Origin: Desulfobacterales bacterium
GTDB taxonomy: Bacteria; Desulfobacterota; Desulfobacteria; Desulfobacterales; UBA2174
Reading direction: 5' to 3'
Assembly (NCBI GenBank): GCA_963668645.2
Contig: CAXXWC010000021.1
Location: 1,440,001-1,504,000, forward strand
Length of the DNA stretch: 64,000 bases
Position numbers and translations under genes: made by a program. The notes below the pieces were generated by a model, which was not told the DNA's origin, did no database searches, and saw only the letters and a program-made list of their open reading frames with translations. Below are positions 1-10,820 of this stretch, one piece after another. Every line of letters begins with the position of its first letter. Position 1 is the first letter of the stretch.

Positions 1-1079
1 TTGCCATCACCGGCGGCGCCGAGCACTACGCCGTAAAGACCACCCACTACCTGAAAAGCCGCGGCCACAGTGTGGCGCTGTACGCCAGGCAGATCCAAGC
101 CGGTTTGGCCGACGGCTTGACGCTTCACCGGGTCCCGGACCGGTGGCGGTTCTCCTCGGTGGTCAATTCGCTGGCCTTTGCCCTCGATGCCGCCCGGATG
201 CTGGCAGGCCGGCACTACGACGCGGTCATCAGCCACGAACGCGGGTTTTCCCAGGATCTGGCCGTTGTCCACACCTTGAGCTACCAAAATTCGCTGGCCG
301 GCCTTGGATGGCTCAAGCGCCTTGAGCGGCGCTATCTGAGCCCGCGCGCGTGGTTGCACATCTATCTGGAAAAGTGCCAGATGCGTTCGGCCCGGCTGGT
401 GGCGGTTTCGCAGAGTGTACAGGAGCAAATCACCGCTTTTTACGGGCGGCAGACCGGGATTCAGGTCGTGTCCCCAGGGGTCGATCTTGAGCGCTTCGCT
501 CCGCAACCGGCAGCCGCCCGGCGCCTGGAGCAGCGCCGCCGAATTCCCATGGACCCCGGTGAACTGCTCATCCTTTTCGTTGGGACCGAATTCCGGCGCA
601 AGGGGCTGGACGACCTGCTGCCCGCCATCGGCCCCGGCATGCACCTGGCGGTGGTGGGCCGGGGGGAACGATTGGGCCGCTATCGCCGGCGGGTGCGCCG
701 ACTGGGCCTGGAGGGACGGGTCCATTTTACCGGGCTAGCGGTCGAGGTGGCCCCTTGGTATGCGGCGGCCGACGTGGTGGTTCTGCCCAGCCGGGCAGAA
801 GCTTTCGGCATGAGCGTCCTCGAAGCCATGGCCTGCGGCCGTCCCGTATTGGTGCGGCGCAGGGCCGGTGTTTCCACCCTTATCGAATCGGGCAGCAACG
901 GATTGCTCTTCGAGGATCCGGCCGAACTCGGCCCCCTGCTGTCGCGCCTGAGCGATCCGGTCCTGCGCCGGCGGCTCGGAGAGGCAGCGCGGCGCACGGC
1001 CCTGGCCCATGGATGGGATGCGGCCGGCACAGCGTTGGAACGACTCTGTTGCAGGTTTGCATGGGGCCACGGCCCATGA
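1..1079 (+). CDS. Glycosyltransferase family 4 (5' partial)
   Basis: Frame is open from base 3 (AITGGAEHYA...), so the start lies upstream of the window; GT4 motifs PGVD, RKGLD, PSRAEAFGMSVLEAMACG. Confidence 0.9.
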   Translation, partial: AITGGAEHYAVKTTHYLKSRGHSVALYARQIQAGLADGLTLHRVPDRWRFSSVVNSLAFALDAARMLAGRHYDAVISHERGFSQDLAVVHTLSYQNSLAGLGWLKRLERRYLSPRAWLHIYLEKCQMRSARLVAVSQSVQEQITAFYGRQTGIQVVSPGVDLERFAPQPAAARRLEQRRRIPMDPGELLILFVGTEFRRKGLDDLLPAIGPGMHLAVVGRGERLGRYRRRVRRLGLEGRVHFTGLAVEVAPWYAAADVVVLPSRAEAFGMSVLEAMACGRPVLVRRRAGVSTLIESGSNGLLFEDPAELGPLLSRLSDPVLRRRLGEAARRTALAHGWDAAGTALERLCCRFAWGHGP

Positions 1080-1175
1080 TATGATTTCCGATATGCCGTG
1101 GTCCGGCAGGCTGACTGCCATGAGCGCCGACGATGGCCCGGCAGCCGATGATCCACCATCCAAAAGGAGAACGAT

Positions 1176-1355
1176 ATGGCCATCAGCAAGGAGCTGCTCG
1201 AAATCCTGGCTTGCCCCCAGTGCAAGGGCGAAATTCACCTCACCCCCTCCGGGGAAGGGCTGACCTGCCAACGCTGCCGCTTGCTCTACGAAATTCGCGA
1301 TGACATCCCCATCATGCTGGTGGACGAGGCAAAACCTCTCGACACAGTTTCATGA
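1176..1355 (+). CDS. Trm112/YcaR-family small zinc-ribbon protein (59 aa, absent from ORF track)
   Basis: Manual translation MAISKELLEILACPQCKGEI...CQRCRLLYEIRDDIPIMLVDEA; RBS AAGGAG; ATGA overlap with next gene. Confidence 0.9.
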   Translation: MAISKELLEILACPQCKGEIHLTPSGEGLTCQRCRLLYEIRDDIPIMLVDEAKPLDTVS

Positions 1356-1903
1356 GCCTGCCCACCGCCCCTGATCCGGCCAAGCTGGTGATCGGCGCCT
1401 TTATGGCCGATCGCTCCCTGCTGGGTGAAGTCGCACGGCGGCTCTGTGAAGGCTACGGCCCTCTGGACATCGTCAGCCCCTGGCTGGATTTTGACCGGAC
1501 CGACTACTACGCCCCCGAGATGGGTTTGAATCTGGCGCGGCGGATCATGGCTTTCAAGCCATTGATCGATCCGGGAGCCCTGGCCGCGGTCAAAACGGCC
1601 ACCAATGCCATCGAGGCGGATCTGGCCCGCGGCGGCCGGCGCCGGGTCAACATCGACCCGGGGATCCTGACCCGCGAGCGCTTTGTCCTGGCCACCGGCA
1701 AGAATTACAGCCATCGTATCTACCTGGCCGAGGGCATCTATGCCGACCTGACGCTGGTCTATCGCGGCGGGGGATTCCAGACCCTGCCGTGGACCTACCC
1801 GGATTATGCCGACGATCCGATCCGGTCCTTGCTCTCTGGCATCCGGGAAAAATACCTGATTGATCTGCGGGCCGCGGCATCGGCCCGCGAGGAGAATTCA
1901 TGA
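1352..1903 (+). CDS. DUF4416 family protein
   Basis: TDYYAPEMG, RRVNIDPG, LATGKNYSHRIYL, LPWTYPDY motifs; typical position before yicC. Confidence 0.85.
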   Translation: MSLPTAPDPAKLVIGAFMADRSLLGEVARRLCEGYGPLDIVSPWLDFDRTDYYAPEMGLNLARRIMAFKPLIDPGALAAVKTATNAIEADLARGGRRRVNIDPGILTRERFVLATGKNYSHRIYLAEGIYADLTLVYRGGGFQTLPWTYPDYADDPIRSLLSGIREKYLIDLRAAASAREENS

Positions 1904-2781
1904 TCGAAAGCATGACCGCCTTCGGGCGGTGCGAGAAAAGCGCCGAGGGATGGAGCGCTGCGGTAGAAATCCGTTCGGTCAACAGCCGCTTTTTGGATCT
2001 GGTCGTGCGCCTGCCCCACGGCTACGCCCCCTTCGAGGAGCGCGTCAAGGCCCGGGTGGGCCAGGATCTGGAACGCGGCCGGATCGAACTGCGCCTCAAC
2101 ATACGCGACGAACGGCAGCGTGAAGCCGCTTTTCAGCTCGACCTTCCCCTGGCAACGGCCTACCACCGGGCCCTGATGGAACTGCGCGATGCCCTTGGCC
2201 TCGGCGGTCAGGTCCCCATCGAGCTGGTGGCCGGCACCGGCGGTGTGATCCGCCCCTGCGAGGCGGAACCGGACCTGGAACGCGACTGGCCCCTTGTCGA
2301 AGCCGTGCTCTGCGAGGCCCTGGCCGACATGAAGGCCATGCGCCGGCGCGAAGGCGCCAACCTGGCCGCAGACTTGACCCGCCACCTGGACCGCGTCGCC
2401 GCTGAAATCGATGCCATCCAAGCCGCCACCCGGGGCCTGGCCGCTTACTATCGCCAGCGGCTTGAGGCACGCATTGCCGCATTGACCGAAGGCCTGGTGG
2501 CCCTGGATCCGGCCCGTATCGCCCAGGAAGCGGCATTGCTGGCCGACCGCAGCGACATCAGCGAGGAGATCGTCCGTGCCCGCAGTCATCTGGAGCAGTT
2601 CCGTCTCCTGATGCAGGGGCCGAAGCAGGCCGGGCGGCAGTTGAATTTTCTGCTCCAGGAACTGAACCGCGAACTGAACACCATCGGTTCCAAGACCGAT
2701 CAGGCCGGAGCCGCTCATCGGGTAGTGGCCGCCAAGGCCGAACTCGAAAAACTGCGCGAACAAGTACAGAACGTGGAATAA
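1900..2781 (+). CDS. yicC: YicC/YloC family endoribonuclease
   Basis: SMTAFGR, EIRSVNSRFLD, QELNRELNTIGSK, EKLREQVQNVE. Confidence 0.95.
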   Translation: MIESMTAFGRCEKSAEGWSAAVEIRSVNSRFLDLVVRLPHGYAPFEERVKARVGQDLERGRIELRLNIRDERQREAAFQLDLPLATAYHRALMELRDALGLGGQVPIELVAGTGGVIRPCEAEPDLERDWPLVEAVLCEALADMKAMRRREGANLAADLTRHLDRVAAEIDAIQAATRGLAAYYRQRLEARIAALTEGLVALDPARIAQEAALLADRSDISEEIVRARSHLEQFRLLMQGPKQAGRQLNFLLQELNRELNTIGSKTDQAGAAHRVVAAKAELEKLREQVQNVE

Positions 2782-2787
2782 AAGGCT

Positions 2788-3060
2788 GTGGAAAAGAACC
2801 TGTTGAACATCGGATTCGGCAACACGGTGGTAGCCGAACGGATCGTGGCCATCGTGGGGCCGGCCTCGGCGCCCATGAAGCGGCTCAAGGACGAGGCGCG
2901 CGAGGAAAACCGGCTCATCGACGCCACCCACGGCCGCCGCACCCGGGCCGTGATCGTCACCGACAGCAATCACGTGATCCTTTCGGCCATCCAGGCTGAA
3001 ACCATCGCCCAACGCTTCGAGCAGATCAAGGCGCCGACACCGGCCGCGGGGCGGGGATAG
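2788..3060 (+). CDS. remA: RemA/DUF370 family protein
   Basis: [33 protein letters not shown]; between yicC and gmk. Confidence 0.9.
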   Translation: MEKNLLNIGFGNTVVAERIVAIVGPASAPMKRLKDEAREENRLIDATHGRRTRAVIVTDSNHVILSAIQAETIAQRFEQIKAPTPAAGRG

Positions 3061-3066
3061 CACGCC

Positions 3067-3648
3067 ATGCAAAAAGCATCTTCAAGCGGCCCCGGACGCC
3101 TTTTCATCGTTTCGGCGCCCTCCGGGGCCGGCAAGACGACCCTCTGCCGGGCCCTGCGCCAGCGGATACCGACCCTGGGCTACAGCGTCTCGACCACCAC
3201 CCGGCCGCCGCGGCCGGCAGAGCGGGAAGGCATCGACTATTTTTATACGGATCAAGAGACCTTCGAGGCCGGGATCCGCGAACAGCGATGGGCCGAATGG
3301 GCCCGGGTCCACGACCATTATTACGGCACGTCGGCCGCTTTTCTTGACCAAGCCCTGGCCGAGGGCCGGGATGTGCTTCTTGACATCGATGTCCAGGGAG
3401 CCGAACAGTTGCTTGATAAGTATCCGCAAAGCATCACGATCTTTATCGAACCGCCTTCCATGGCGGTCCTGGCCCGGCGTTTGGCCGCCCGCGGCACGGA
3501 GAGCCCGCAGACCGTGGCCCGCCGGCTGCAAAACGCCGAGGCCGAAATGGCCAGGCGCGGAATGTACCGCCACCGGATCGTCAACGACCGCATCGAGGAG
3601 GCGATTGCAGCCCTGGAAGCCATCGTGCGGCAAGAGGCCGATCGATGA
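3067..3648 (+). CDS. gmk: Guanylate kinase
   Basis: P-loop APSGAGKTT, TTRPPR, YYGT, DIDVQG. Confidence 0.97.
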   Translation: MQKASSSGPGRLFIVSAPSGAGKTTLCRALRQRIPTLGYSVSTTTRPPRPAEREGIDYFYTDQETFEAGIREQRWAEWARVHDHYYGTSAAFLDQALAEGRDVLLDIDVQGAEQLLDKYPQSITIFIEPPSMAVLARRLAARGTESPQTVARRLQNAEAEMARRGMYRHRIVNDRIEEAIAALEAIVRQEADR

Positions 3649-4415
3649 AGGAAGAAATCCTCTGCGGCTTTCATCCGGTGGCCGAGGCCCTGCGCGCCGG
3701 CCGGCGGCGCATGGCGGTTCTTTGGGTCAATGACCAGCGCGGCGACCGGCGCCTGGCCGACCTGGTCCAGGAGGCCCAAAGCCGTGATATTCCCATCCAG
3801 CGCATGCCGGCCAAGGCCCTGGACGAGATCGCCGGAACCCAGCACCAGGGGATGGCGGCACGGGTTTCCCCCCTGGTGCCGGAGGACCTGGATCGGCTCT
3901 GCCAGGATCTGGCGGCGGGCCGGAGCGATCCCTGGGTCCTGATTCTCGACGGCATCGTCGACCCCCAGAACCTTGGCGCCTTGGTGCGCACCGCGGTCTG
4001 TGCCGGGATGGGGGCCATCGTCATCCCCCGGGACCGTGCGGCAAAACCCGGCCCCACGGTGTCGAGGGCTTCGGCCGGGGCCTTGGAGCATGCCCGACTG
4101 GTGGTGGCCACCAACCTGGCAACGGCCCTGAGCCGTCTCAAGAAGGCGGGATTATGGATCTGTGGCCTGGACCGGGCCCAGGGCCGATCGCTGTTCGAAA
4201 GCGATCTTGCCGGTCCCCTGGGAATCGTGGTAGGGGCCGAAGGCAAGGGGATCCGCCCGCTGGTGCGCCGCCACTGCGATTTTTTGGCGGCCGTGCCCCA
4301 GTCCGGCCCCATCGATTCGCTCAATGCCTCGGCAGCCGGGGCGGTGGCGATCTACGAAAGCTGGCGCCAGCGAAATGCCGGAGCCGACCGGCCAAAACGG
4401 CACAAAGAACATTAA
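3645..4415 (+). CDS. rlmB: 23S rRNA Gm2251 2'-O-methyltransferase (SpoU family)
   Basis: HQG, LDGIVDPQNLGALVR, GAEGKG, SLNAS motifs. Confidence 0.93.
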   Translation: MKEEILCGFHPVAEALRAGRRRMAVLWVNDQRGDRRLADLVQEAQSRDIPIQRMPAKALDEIAGTQHQGMAARVSPLVPEDLDRLCQDLAAGRSDPWVLILDGIVDPQNLGALVRTAVCAGMGAIVIPRDRAAKPGPTVSRASAGALEHARLVVATNLATALSRLKKAGLWICGLDRAQGRSLFESDLAGPLGIVVGAEGKGIRPLVRRHCDFLAAVPQSGPIDSLNASAAGAVAIYESWRQRNAGADRPKRHKEH

Positions 4416-4525
4416 GTTCGCAATTCAGATCCTTTTTTCTTTCTTTGCGCCCTTAGCGCCTGGGTGGCGTCGCAGAAGACTCGTTTTCGAAAACATCAAC
4501 CCCATCCCAAAAGGCAGGCCCACCG

Positions 4526-5749
4526 ATGAACCCACCGGCTAACATCACCATTACCCCCGACGGTCGTTTACAGGTGCCTGATCAACCGATCATTCCCTTT
4601 ATCGAGGGCGATGGGATCGGCCCGGATATTTGGCGGGCCACGGCCCTGGTGCTCGACACGGCCGTGGCCAGGGCGTTCGACGCGCAGCGGCGTATCGCCT
4701 GGCTGCCGTTGGCGGTGGGCGAAAAGGCGGCCGCCGAAAGCGGCCGAGCCCTTCCGGATGCCGCCCTGAAAACGATCCAGGACCATTGCGTGGCCATCAA
4801 GGGGCCCTTGACCACCCCGGTGGGCAAGGGAATGCGCAGTCTCAACGTGGCCATCCGCCAGCGGCTCGATCTTTACGCCTGCGTGCGGCCGGTGCGCTAC
4901 ATCCCCCGGGTGCCCAGCCCCATGCGGGATCCGCAAAAGATTGACATGGTGGTTTTCCGCGAAAACACCGAAGATCTGTATGCCGGCATCGAATGGGCCG
5001 CCGGCAGCCCCGAGGCGGCCGCCCTGGATGCCTTTTTGCATAAGCAGATGGGCGTAACCCTGCCGGCCGGTGCCGGCATCGGCATCAAGCCCATCAGTGC
5101 GGCCAACACCAAACGTCTGGTAGCGCGGGCCATCGCCTACGCCATCGAACACGGCCTTTCCAGCGTCACGCTAATGCACAAGGGCAACATCATGAAGTTC
5201 ACCGAGGGGGCCTTTCGCACCTGGGGTTACGAAGTGGCCGCAGAACGCTTCGCCGGGCAGACCGTCACCGAGGCCCAGGTCTTCGAACGTCACGGCGGAC
5301 GAGTCCCGGCCGGCAAGGTGGTCATCAAGGACCGCATCGCCGACATGCTTTTCCAGCAGGTCCTGCTGCGCCCGGAAGAGTACCAGGTCATCGCCACCCC
5401 CAACCTCAACGGCGATTATCTCTCCGATGCCCTGGCGGCTCAGGTGGGTGGATTGGGGATGGCGCCGGGGGCAAACATCGGCGATACATGTGCCGTTTTC
5501 GAGGCCACTCATGGATCGGCGCCCAAATATGCCGGCCAGGACAAGGTCAATCCGAGTTCGTTGATCCTTTCCGGTGCCATGATGTTGGATCATATCGGTT
5601 GGCCGCAAGCGGCCCGCCTGGTGCGCCAGGCCCTCCAGGCCACCATCGCCGAGGGAACGGTCACCTACGATCTGGCCCGGCAGATCGATGGGGCACGCGA
5701 GGTGCCCTGTTCGGCCTTTGCCGAGGCCATGGCGGCTCGAATGAAATGA
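4526..5749 (+). CDS. icd: NADP-dependent isocitrate dehydrogenase
   Basis: [55 protein letters not shown]. Confidence 0.97.
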   Translation: MNPPANITITPDGRLQVPDQPIIPFIEGDGIGPDIWRATALVLDTAVARAFDAQRRIAWLPLAVGEKAAAESGRALPDAALKTIQDHCVAIKGPLTTPVGKGMRSLNVAIRQRLDLYACVRPVRYIPRVPSPMRDPQKIDMVVFRENTEDLYAGIEWAAGSPEAAALDAFLHKQMGVTLPAGAGIGIKPISAANTKRLVARAIAYAIEHGLSSVTLMHKGNIMKFTEGAFRTWGYEVAAERFAGQTVTEAQVFERHGGRVPAGKVVIKDRIADMLFQQVLLRPEEYQVIATPNLNGDYLSDALAAQVGGLGMAPGANIGDTCAVFEATHGSAPKYAGQDKVNPSSLILSGAMMLDHIGWPQAARLVRQALQATIAEGTVTYDLARQIDGAREVPCSAFAEAMAARMK

Positions 5750-6612
5750 CCCGGCCGATTGCCACGCCAGCCTCTGCAGCGGCCACCCGCGGGAAAAGGC
5801 CTGCGGTCTTCCAGGCCCGGCGTTGGTTCGAATCCCTGCGGCGCCTGGCCCTGGCCGTGGCCTCCAGCACCTTTCCACCCCGCTGCGCCGGCTGCGGGGC
5901 ATGGATCGATTCCGGCCCGGCGCCGGCTTCCGGTCTGCTGGCCAATTTGCTGTGCAGGATCTGCCGCCAGCAATTGCGACTGATCGACAGTCCCCTTTGC
6001 CGCGTCTGCGGCCGGCCCTTCGACCAGTTGTCCGAGCGCGACCATTGCTGCGGGGACTGTCTGGATACGCCGCCACCCTTTGACATGGCCCGCTCGGCCG
6101 CCATTTACAGGGCACCTCTGGACGCTTTGGTCCAGAAGCTCAAATACGACGGCCGCCTTCAAACGGCCCGCCCCCTGGGCGAACTGCTGCGCGCCGCCTT
6201 CTGGCGCCACTGGGCCGCACGGCCGGTGGATCTGATCGTACCGGTCCCTTTGCACCGGCGGCGGTTGCGGTCGCGCGGTTTCAATCAGGTTCAAATCATG
6301 CTGCGCCACTGGTCCCGCCCCGGCCCCGAAGGGATCCTGGCGCCCGTGGCAGCGGCCATCGCGTCCAGGGTGCTGGTCCGCCAGCGGCACACCCCGGCCC
6401 AGGCCGGATTGGACCGCCAGGACCGGATCCGCAACGTACGCGGCGCCTTCGAAGTTGCAGCGCCCGAGGCCGTAAGGGATCGGCGCATTCTGCTGGTAGA
6501 CGATGTGATGACCACCGGCGCCACGATTGCGGCCTGTGCCCGCTCCCTGAAAAGGACCGGCGCGGCCCGGGTCGACGTGCTGACCCTGGCCAGAGCCGTA
6601 AAGAATGTTTAA
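5746..6612 (+). CDS. comF: ComF family protein (double zinc ribbon + PRTase)
   Basis: CxxC pairs, [23 protein letters not shown]; start placed at the ATG overlapping the icd stop. Confidence 0.88.
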   Translation: MTRPIATPASAAATRGKRPAVFQARRWFESLRRLALAVASSTFPPRCAGCGAWIDSGPAPASGLLANLLCRICRQQLRLIDSPLCRVCGRPFDQLSERDHCCGDCLDTPPPFDMARSAAIYRAPLDALVQKLKYDGRLQTARPLGELLRAAFWRHWAARPVDLIVPVPLHRRRLRSRGFNQVQIMLRHWSRPGPEGILAPVAAAIASRVLVRQRHTPAQAGLDRQDRIRNVRGAFEVAAPEAVRDRRILLVDDVMTTGATIAACARSLKRTGAARVDVLTLARAVKNV

Positions 6613-6749
6613 CTTCTCCGGCATGGCCGGAATACCGAACCTTTGGCTGCTTTGCGGCCAAGGGGTTTCGGCAACGGTGCAGCCGGCAGTTGCGTGCAAG
6701 CGCCAAAAATGGAACGGCGACTTTTCAGCCGTTGGATGAAAGGCGAACC

Positions 6750-7601
6750 ATGATCACCATCGAAGATTATGCATCGGATTTTGAGAGTGAATGGTGCCCG
6801 GGATGCGGCAATTTCGGGATCCTCGCGGCCATGAAAAAGGCCCTGGTATCCATGGATCTGTCCCCACACGAGGTTCTGATCGTTTCCGGGATCGGCCAGG
6901 CAGCCAAGACGCCCCACTTTCTGAAATGCAACACGCTCCACGGCCTGCACGGAAGAGCCCTGCCGGTCGCGGCGGGCGCCAAGTTGGCCAACCACAACCT
7001 GACCATCCTGGTCAACTCGGGCGATGGAGACTGTTACGGCGAGGGGGGCAACCACTTCATGCACGCCGTGCGGCGCAACCTCGACGTGACCCTCATCGTG
7101 CACGACAACCGGATCTACGGTTTGACCAAAGGCCAGGCCTCGCCGACCTCGGATCTGGGCATGGCGACACGCATGCAGCCCGGCGGCACCGTCAGCGAGC
7201 CTTTCAATCCTCTGGCCGTGGCGCTGGCCCTGGGGGCCGGATTCGTGGCGCGGGGCTTTTCCGGGGATCCGGACCACCTTTCGACCCTGATCCAAGCCAG
7301 TATCCGCCATAAGGGGTTCGCCCTCATCGACGTGCTCCAGCCATGCGTCTCCTTCAACCGGATCCAGACCCACGGCTGGTACAAAAAGCGGATCTTCGAT
7401 CTTGCCGACGAAAACCATCCGGCCGGAGACTGGCAGGCGGCCATGGCGCGGGCACGCCAGTGGGGCGAGCGCATCCCCATCGGTCTTTTTTATCAAGAGC
7501 TCAAAGAGACGTTCACCGACCGCATCGGCGTCCTGGATCACGGAGTACTCATCGACCAGGCCGCGCCCGAGGTTGACTGGACCCAGTTGATGGCTTCGTA
7601 A
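6750..7601 (+). CDS. 2-oxoacid:ferredoxin oxidoreductase beta subunit (TPP-binding)
   Basis: WCPGCG, SGIG, HGRA, GDGD, YGLTKGQASPT, LQPCVSFN. Confidence 0.93.
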   Translation: MITIEDYASDFESEWCPGCGNFGILAAMKKALVSMDLSPHEVLIVSGIGQAAKTPHFLKCNTLHGLHGRALPVAAGAKLANHNLTILVNSGDGDCYGEGGNHFMHAVRRNLDVTLIVHDNRIYGLTKGQASPTSDLGMATRMQPGGTVSEPFNPLAVALALGAGFVARGFSGDPDHLSTLIQASIRHKGFALIDVLQPCVSFNRIQTHGWYKKRIFDLADENHPAGDWQAAMARARQWGERIPIGLFYQELKETFTDRIGVLDHGVLIDQAAPEVDWTQLMAS

Positions 7602-7649
7602 TTCACCCATCAAGATACGCCACTGGCGGCCGATACACGGGAGCCAGAG

Positions 7650-9023
7650 ATGACCATTCGCCAGGAGCAGGACAGCATGGGGCCGGTCCAGGTGCCGGCC
7701 GAAGCCTACTACGGATCCCAGACCCAACGGGCAGTGGAAAATTTTCCCGTCAGCGGGATCCGCCTTCCCCGGATCTTCACTCACGCGCTGGCCAGGATCA
7801 AAGGGCATGCGGCCCGGGCCAACCGGGACCTGAAGCTCCTGGATCAAAGCCTGGCAGCGGCCATCATCCAGTCTGCCGGGGAAGTGGCCCAAGGCCGCCT
7901 GGACGACCAGTTCCCCGTGGATGTGTTCCAGACCGGGTCCGGCACTTCCACGAACATGAACATGAACGAGGTGCTGGCCGGCAGAGCCAACGAAATTCTC
8001 ACCGGACAACGGGGAGGCCGGCGGCCGGTCCATCCCAACGACCATGTCAACCTGGGCCAGTCGAGCAACGATGTCATCCCGACGACCATTCACGTGGCGG
8101 CCCGCCTCGCACTGGCCAGGGATCTGGTGCCCGGCCTGAATCACCTGGCCGGAACGCTGGCGCAAAAAGCGTCTGCCTTTGAAAACATCCATAAAATCGG
8201 CCGCACCCATTTGCAGGATGCGGTGCCCATGCGGCTGGGCCAGGAGTTTTCCGGCTACGCGGCCCAGATCCACTTAGGTCTTGAGCGCCTTGCGGCGGCG
8301 GTCCCGCGCATCGAAGAACTCGCACTGGGCGGCACAGCCGTGGGCACCGGCCTCAACGCCGATCCGGCCTTTGCTCCGGCAGTCATCCGGGCTCTGGCAG
8401 CCGAAACCGGCATCGCCTTCGTGCCGGCCCGCAACCGTTTCCAGGCCCAGGCCAGCCAGGATGCGGCCGTGGAGTTGAGCGGAGCGCTCAAGACGGTGGC
8501 CGTCAGCCTGGTGAAAATCGCCAATGATCTGCGTTGGCTGGCCTCCGGACCACGCTGTGGCATCGGTGAAATCACCCTGCCGGCGCTCCAGCCCGGCTCC
8601 TCCATCATGCCCGGCAAGGTCAACCCGGTGATCTGTGAGGCGGTTCTCCAGGTCGCCGCCCAGGTGGTGGGCAACGATGCCGCCATTACTTTTGCCGGCA
8701 CCGGCGGTCACTTCGAACTGAACACCATGCTTCCGGTAATCGCCCATAACCTGCTCCAGTCCATCGCCCTGATGGCGGCCGTCGTCCGGCTGCTGGCCGA
8801 CCGCTGTGTGGCCGGCATCGAGGCCAACCGGGACGTCTGCGCCGGATATATCGAACGCAGCCTGGCCCTGGTCACGGCCCTGGTGCCGGTGGTCGGTTAC
8901 GACAGGGCCGCCCAAATCGCCAAAACGGCCCACCAAAGCGGGCGTACCGTCCGGGAAGTCGCCCGGGATGGCGGGCTGATAGACGAAGCCACCCTGACCC
9001 GCCTTTTGGCGGTGGACATTTGA
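7650..9023 (+). CDS. fumC: Class II fumarate hydratase
   Basis: [27 protein letters not shown], signature [11 protein letters not shown]. Confidence 0.93.
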   Translation: MTIRQEQDSMGPVQVPAEAYYGSQTQRAVENFPVSGIRLPRIFTHALARIKGHAARANRDLKLLDQSLAAAIIQSAGEVAQGRLDDQFPVDVFQTGSGTSTNMNMNEVLAGRANEILTGQRGGRRPVHPNDHVNLGQSSNDVIPTTIHVAARLALARDLVPGLNHLAGTLAQKASAFENIHKIGRTHLQDAVPMRLGQEFSGYAAQIHLGLERLAAAVPRIEELALGGTAVGTGLNADPAFAPAVIRALAAETGIAFVPARNRFQAQASQDAAVELSGALKTVAVSLVKIANDLRWLASGPRCGIGEITLPALQPGSSIMPGKVNPVICEAVLQVAAQVVGNDAAITFAGTGGHFELNTMLPVIAHNLLQSIALMAAVVRLLADRCVAGIEANRDVCAGYIERSLALVTALVPVVGYDRAAQIAKTAHQSGRTVREVARDGGLIDEATLTRLLAVDI

Positions 9024-9073
9024 GCGGCGCCCAAAGGCGCCGGTAACCACTTCCATCTAAAAGGAGATGCGCC

Positions 9074-9283
9074 ATGACAGCAAAATCCTACCGGCTTGCC
9101 ACCAGTTGCCCCCAGTGCGGCTGCAGTGCCGTATCCCACCTGAGCGCCGATGAAATCCGAGAACGCTTCGGCGATGTGCCCAACGTGGAAATGGAATGCA
9201 GCGAATGCATGCTCAAATACACGGCCCCGATGAAAGAGGCCTGCCCCGAATGGGACAAGGAATGCCGTTTGAAAAACGAATAG
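9074..9283 (+). CDS. Small Cys-rich putative metal-binding protein
   Basis: Strong RBS AAGGAG; CPQCGC, CSEC, CPEWDKEC in 69 aa. Confidence 0.75.
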   Translation: MTAKSYRLATSCPQCGCSAVSHLSADEIRERFGDVPNVEMECSECMLKYTAPMKEACPEWDKECRLKNE

Positions 9284-9517
9284 GCGGACAGAATCGTCGC
9301 GCCGGTTGGGGTATCTGGAGGGGCGCATTGCACCTTGGCGCCGACTCACCCGGGAACCACAGTCGAATCCTGAACATCCGGCCGCTTTCCCTTTACAACC
9401 ATCCGGACGGCCCGTATATTAGCAACCGGCGACCGGATGACGGTCGCCCTGCGGCCAGAACGCAGGGCCTCTGGAGGCCTCGCAGATCCATTCTCCGAAC
9501 AACCGAAGGAGCTTAGC

Positions 9518-9994
9518 ATGAGTTACGACTTCACCGCCGACGATGTTTTCGAAATGGCCGAACAACTGGAGCGCAACGGCGCCAAGTTTTACCGCACTGC
9601 CGCCGACGCGGTGGCCGAGGCCGCAGCCAAGCAACTGCTGCTGGAGCTGGCCGCCATGGAAGACGACCACGAGAAAACCTTCAAAACCTTACGATCTGAC
9701 CTTTCAAAAGCCGAAAAAAGCGGAACGGTCTTTGATCCGGAAGGCGAGGCCGAGCTCTATCTGCGAGCCCTGGCCGACACCAAGGTCTTTTTCGACAAAC
9801 AGATCGACACCTCATCGATGCACGAAATTCTCAAGGACGCCATCACGGCGGAAAAGGACTCCATCGTCTTTTACCTCGGAATCCGCGAAATAGTGCCAGA
9901 ACAGCTCGGCAAGTCCCGGCTGGACGCCATCATCAAAGAGGAGATGGGCCATATCCGGCTGCTGAGCAAGCACCTGAAGGCTCTGGGAAAGTAA
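9518..9994 (+). CDS. Ferritin-like / rubrerythrin family protein
   Basis: MAEQLERNGAKFY, EDDH, EKDSIVFY, EEMGH diiron motifs; RBS AAGGAG before ATG 9518. Confidence 0.9.
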   Translation: MSYDFTADDVFEMAEQLERNGAKFYRTAADAVAEAAAKQLLLELAAMEDDHEKTFKTLRSDLSKAEKSGTVFDPEGEAELYLRALADTKVFFDKQIDTSSMHEILKDAITAEKDSIVFYLGIREIVPEQLGKSRLDAIIKEEMGHIRLLSKHLKALGK

Positions 9995-10117
9995 AAACGG
10001 AATCACTTGGCAGATCGTCTTTCGCACGCACAGCGGTCTGATACAGGAAGGCAACGGGGCGCCGTGCGCAGCGGCGCCCGGCCGGATTGGAACTGCGCCG
10101 CTCATTTGACGGGTTGA

Positions 10118-10744
10118 CTACCTTCGCTGCATAAAAGCCAATCGAAGTCCCAATGCGATGAGAATACTCCCAGTGAACCAACGGACTTTTTGGGCAAAAT
10201 TGTGTTTCCGAGATAGCCAGGAGCCGATCCCGCCTGAAAAATAGCCGAGAAGCACAAGAAAAACAACTCCACACAGGGCAAATGTCAGCCCTAAAAAAAC
10301 CATTTGAATGGAAGCGCTTCCATATCTTGGATCAACGAATTGTGGCAAAAAGGCAAGAAAGAAAAGAGCCACTTTGGGGTTAAGAACATTGCACAGAACT
10401 CCCTGAATAAATACCGCCCTCATTGTGAGTTGAGGTTTGTCGTTGTTGAAAGCGAGAACAGTCTTATCTTTTATGGATTTGATTCCAAGATATATCAGAT
10501 AACCGGCACCGGAAAATTTGACTGTAAGAAATGCCATGGCTGATGTTTTCAAAATGATTGCAAGACCGAACGCGGCAAAAACGGTGTGAACCAGAATTCC
10601 CAGTGTAATGCCTATAGCCGATATCATTCCGGCCTTGCGCCCCTGAGCAACCCCCTTTGTGATCACGTATATCATGTCAGGCCCCGGCGTGATGATAAGT
10701 ATCCAGGAGGCCGCGAAAAAGAGCGCAAAGCTTGACCATTCCAT
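10118..10744 (-). CDS. LysE/RhtB family translocator
   Basis: TPGPD, GAGYLIYLG, NVLNPKVALFFLAFLPQF. Confidence 0.93.
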   Translation of the reverse strand: MEWSSFALFFAASWILIITPGPDMIYVITKGVAQGRKAGMISAIGITLGILVHTVFAAFGLAIILKTSAMAFLTVKFSGAGYLIYLGIKSIKDKTVLAFNNDKPQLTMRAVFIQGVLCNVLNPKVALFFLAFLPQFVDPRYGSASIQMVFLGLTFALCGVVFLVLLGYFSGGIGSWLSRKHNFAQKVRWFTGSILIALGLRLAFMQRR

Positions 10745-10820
10745 TTTATTTCCCCGTCAATAGAATTTTATGCAAACACGAGTTGTTAAGACGATCCCAT
10801 TCTGCGCTCTGATCGGCAGA

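Noticed and set aside
6609..8273. Long antisense ORFs (this 554-aa one, 1804-3072, 38605-40188, 52988-54292 and others)
   Set aside because: Shadow frames opposite well-supported genes, as expected in high-GC DNA
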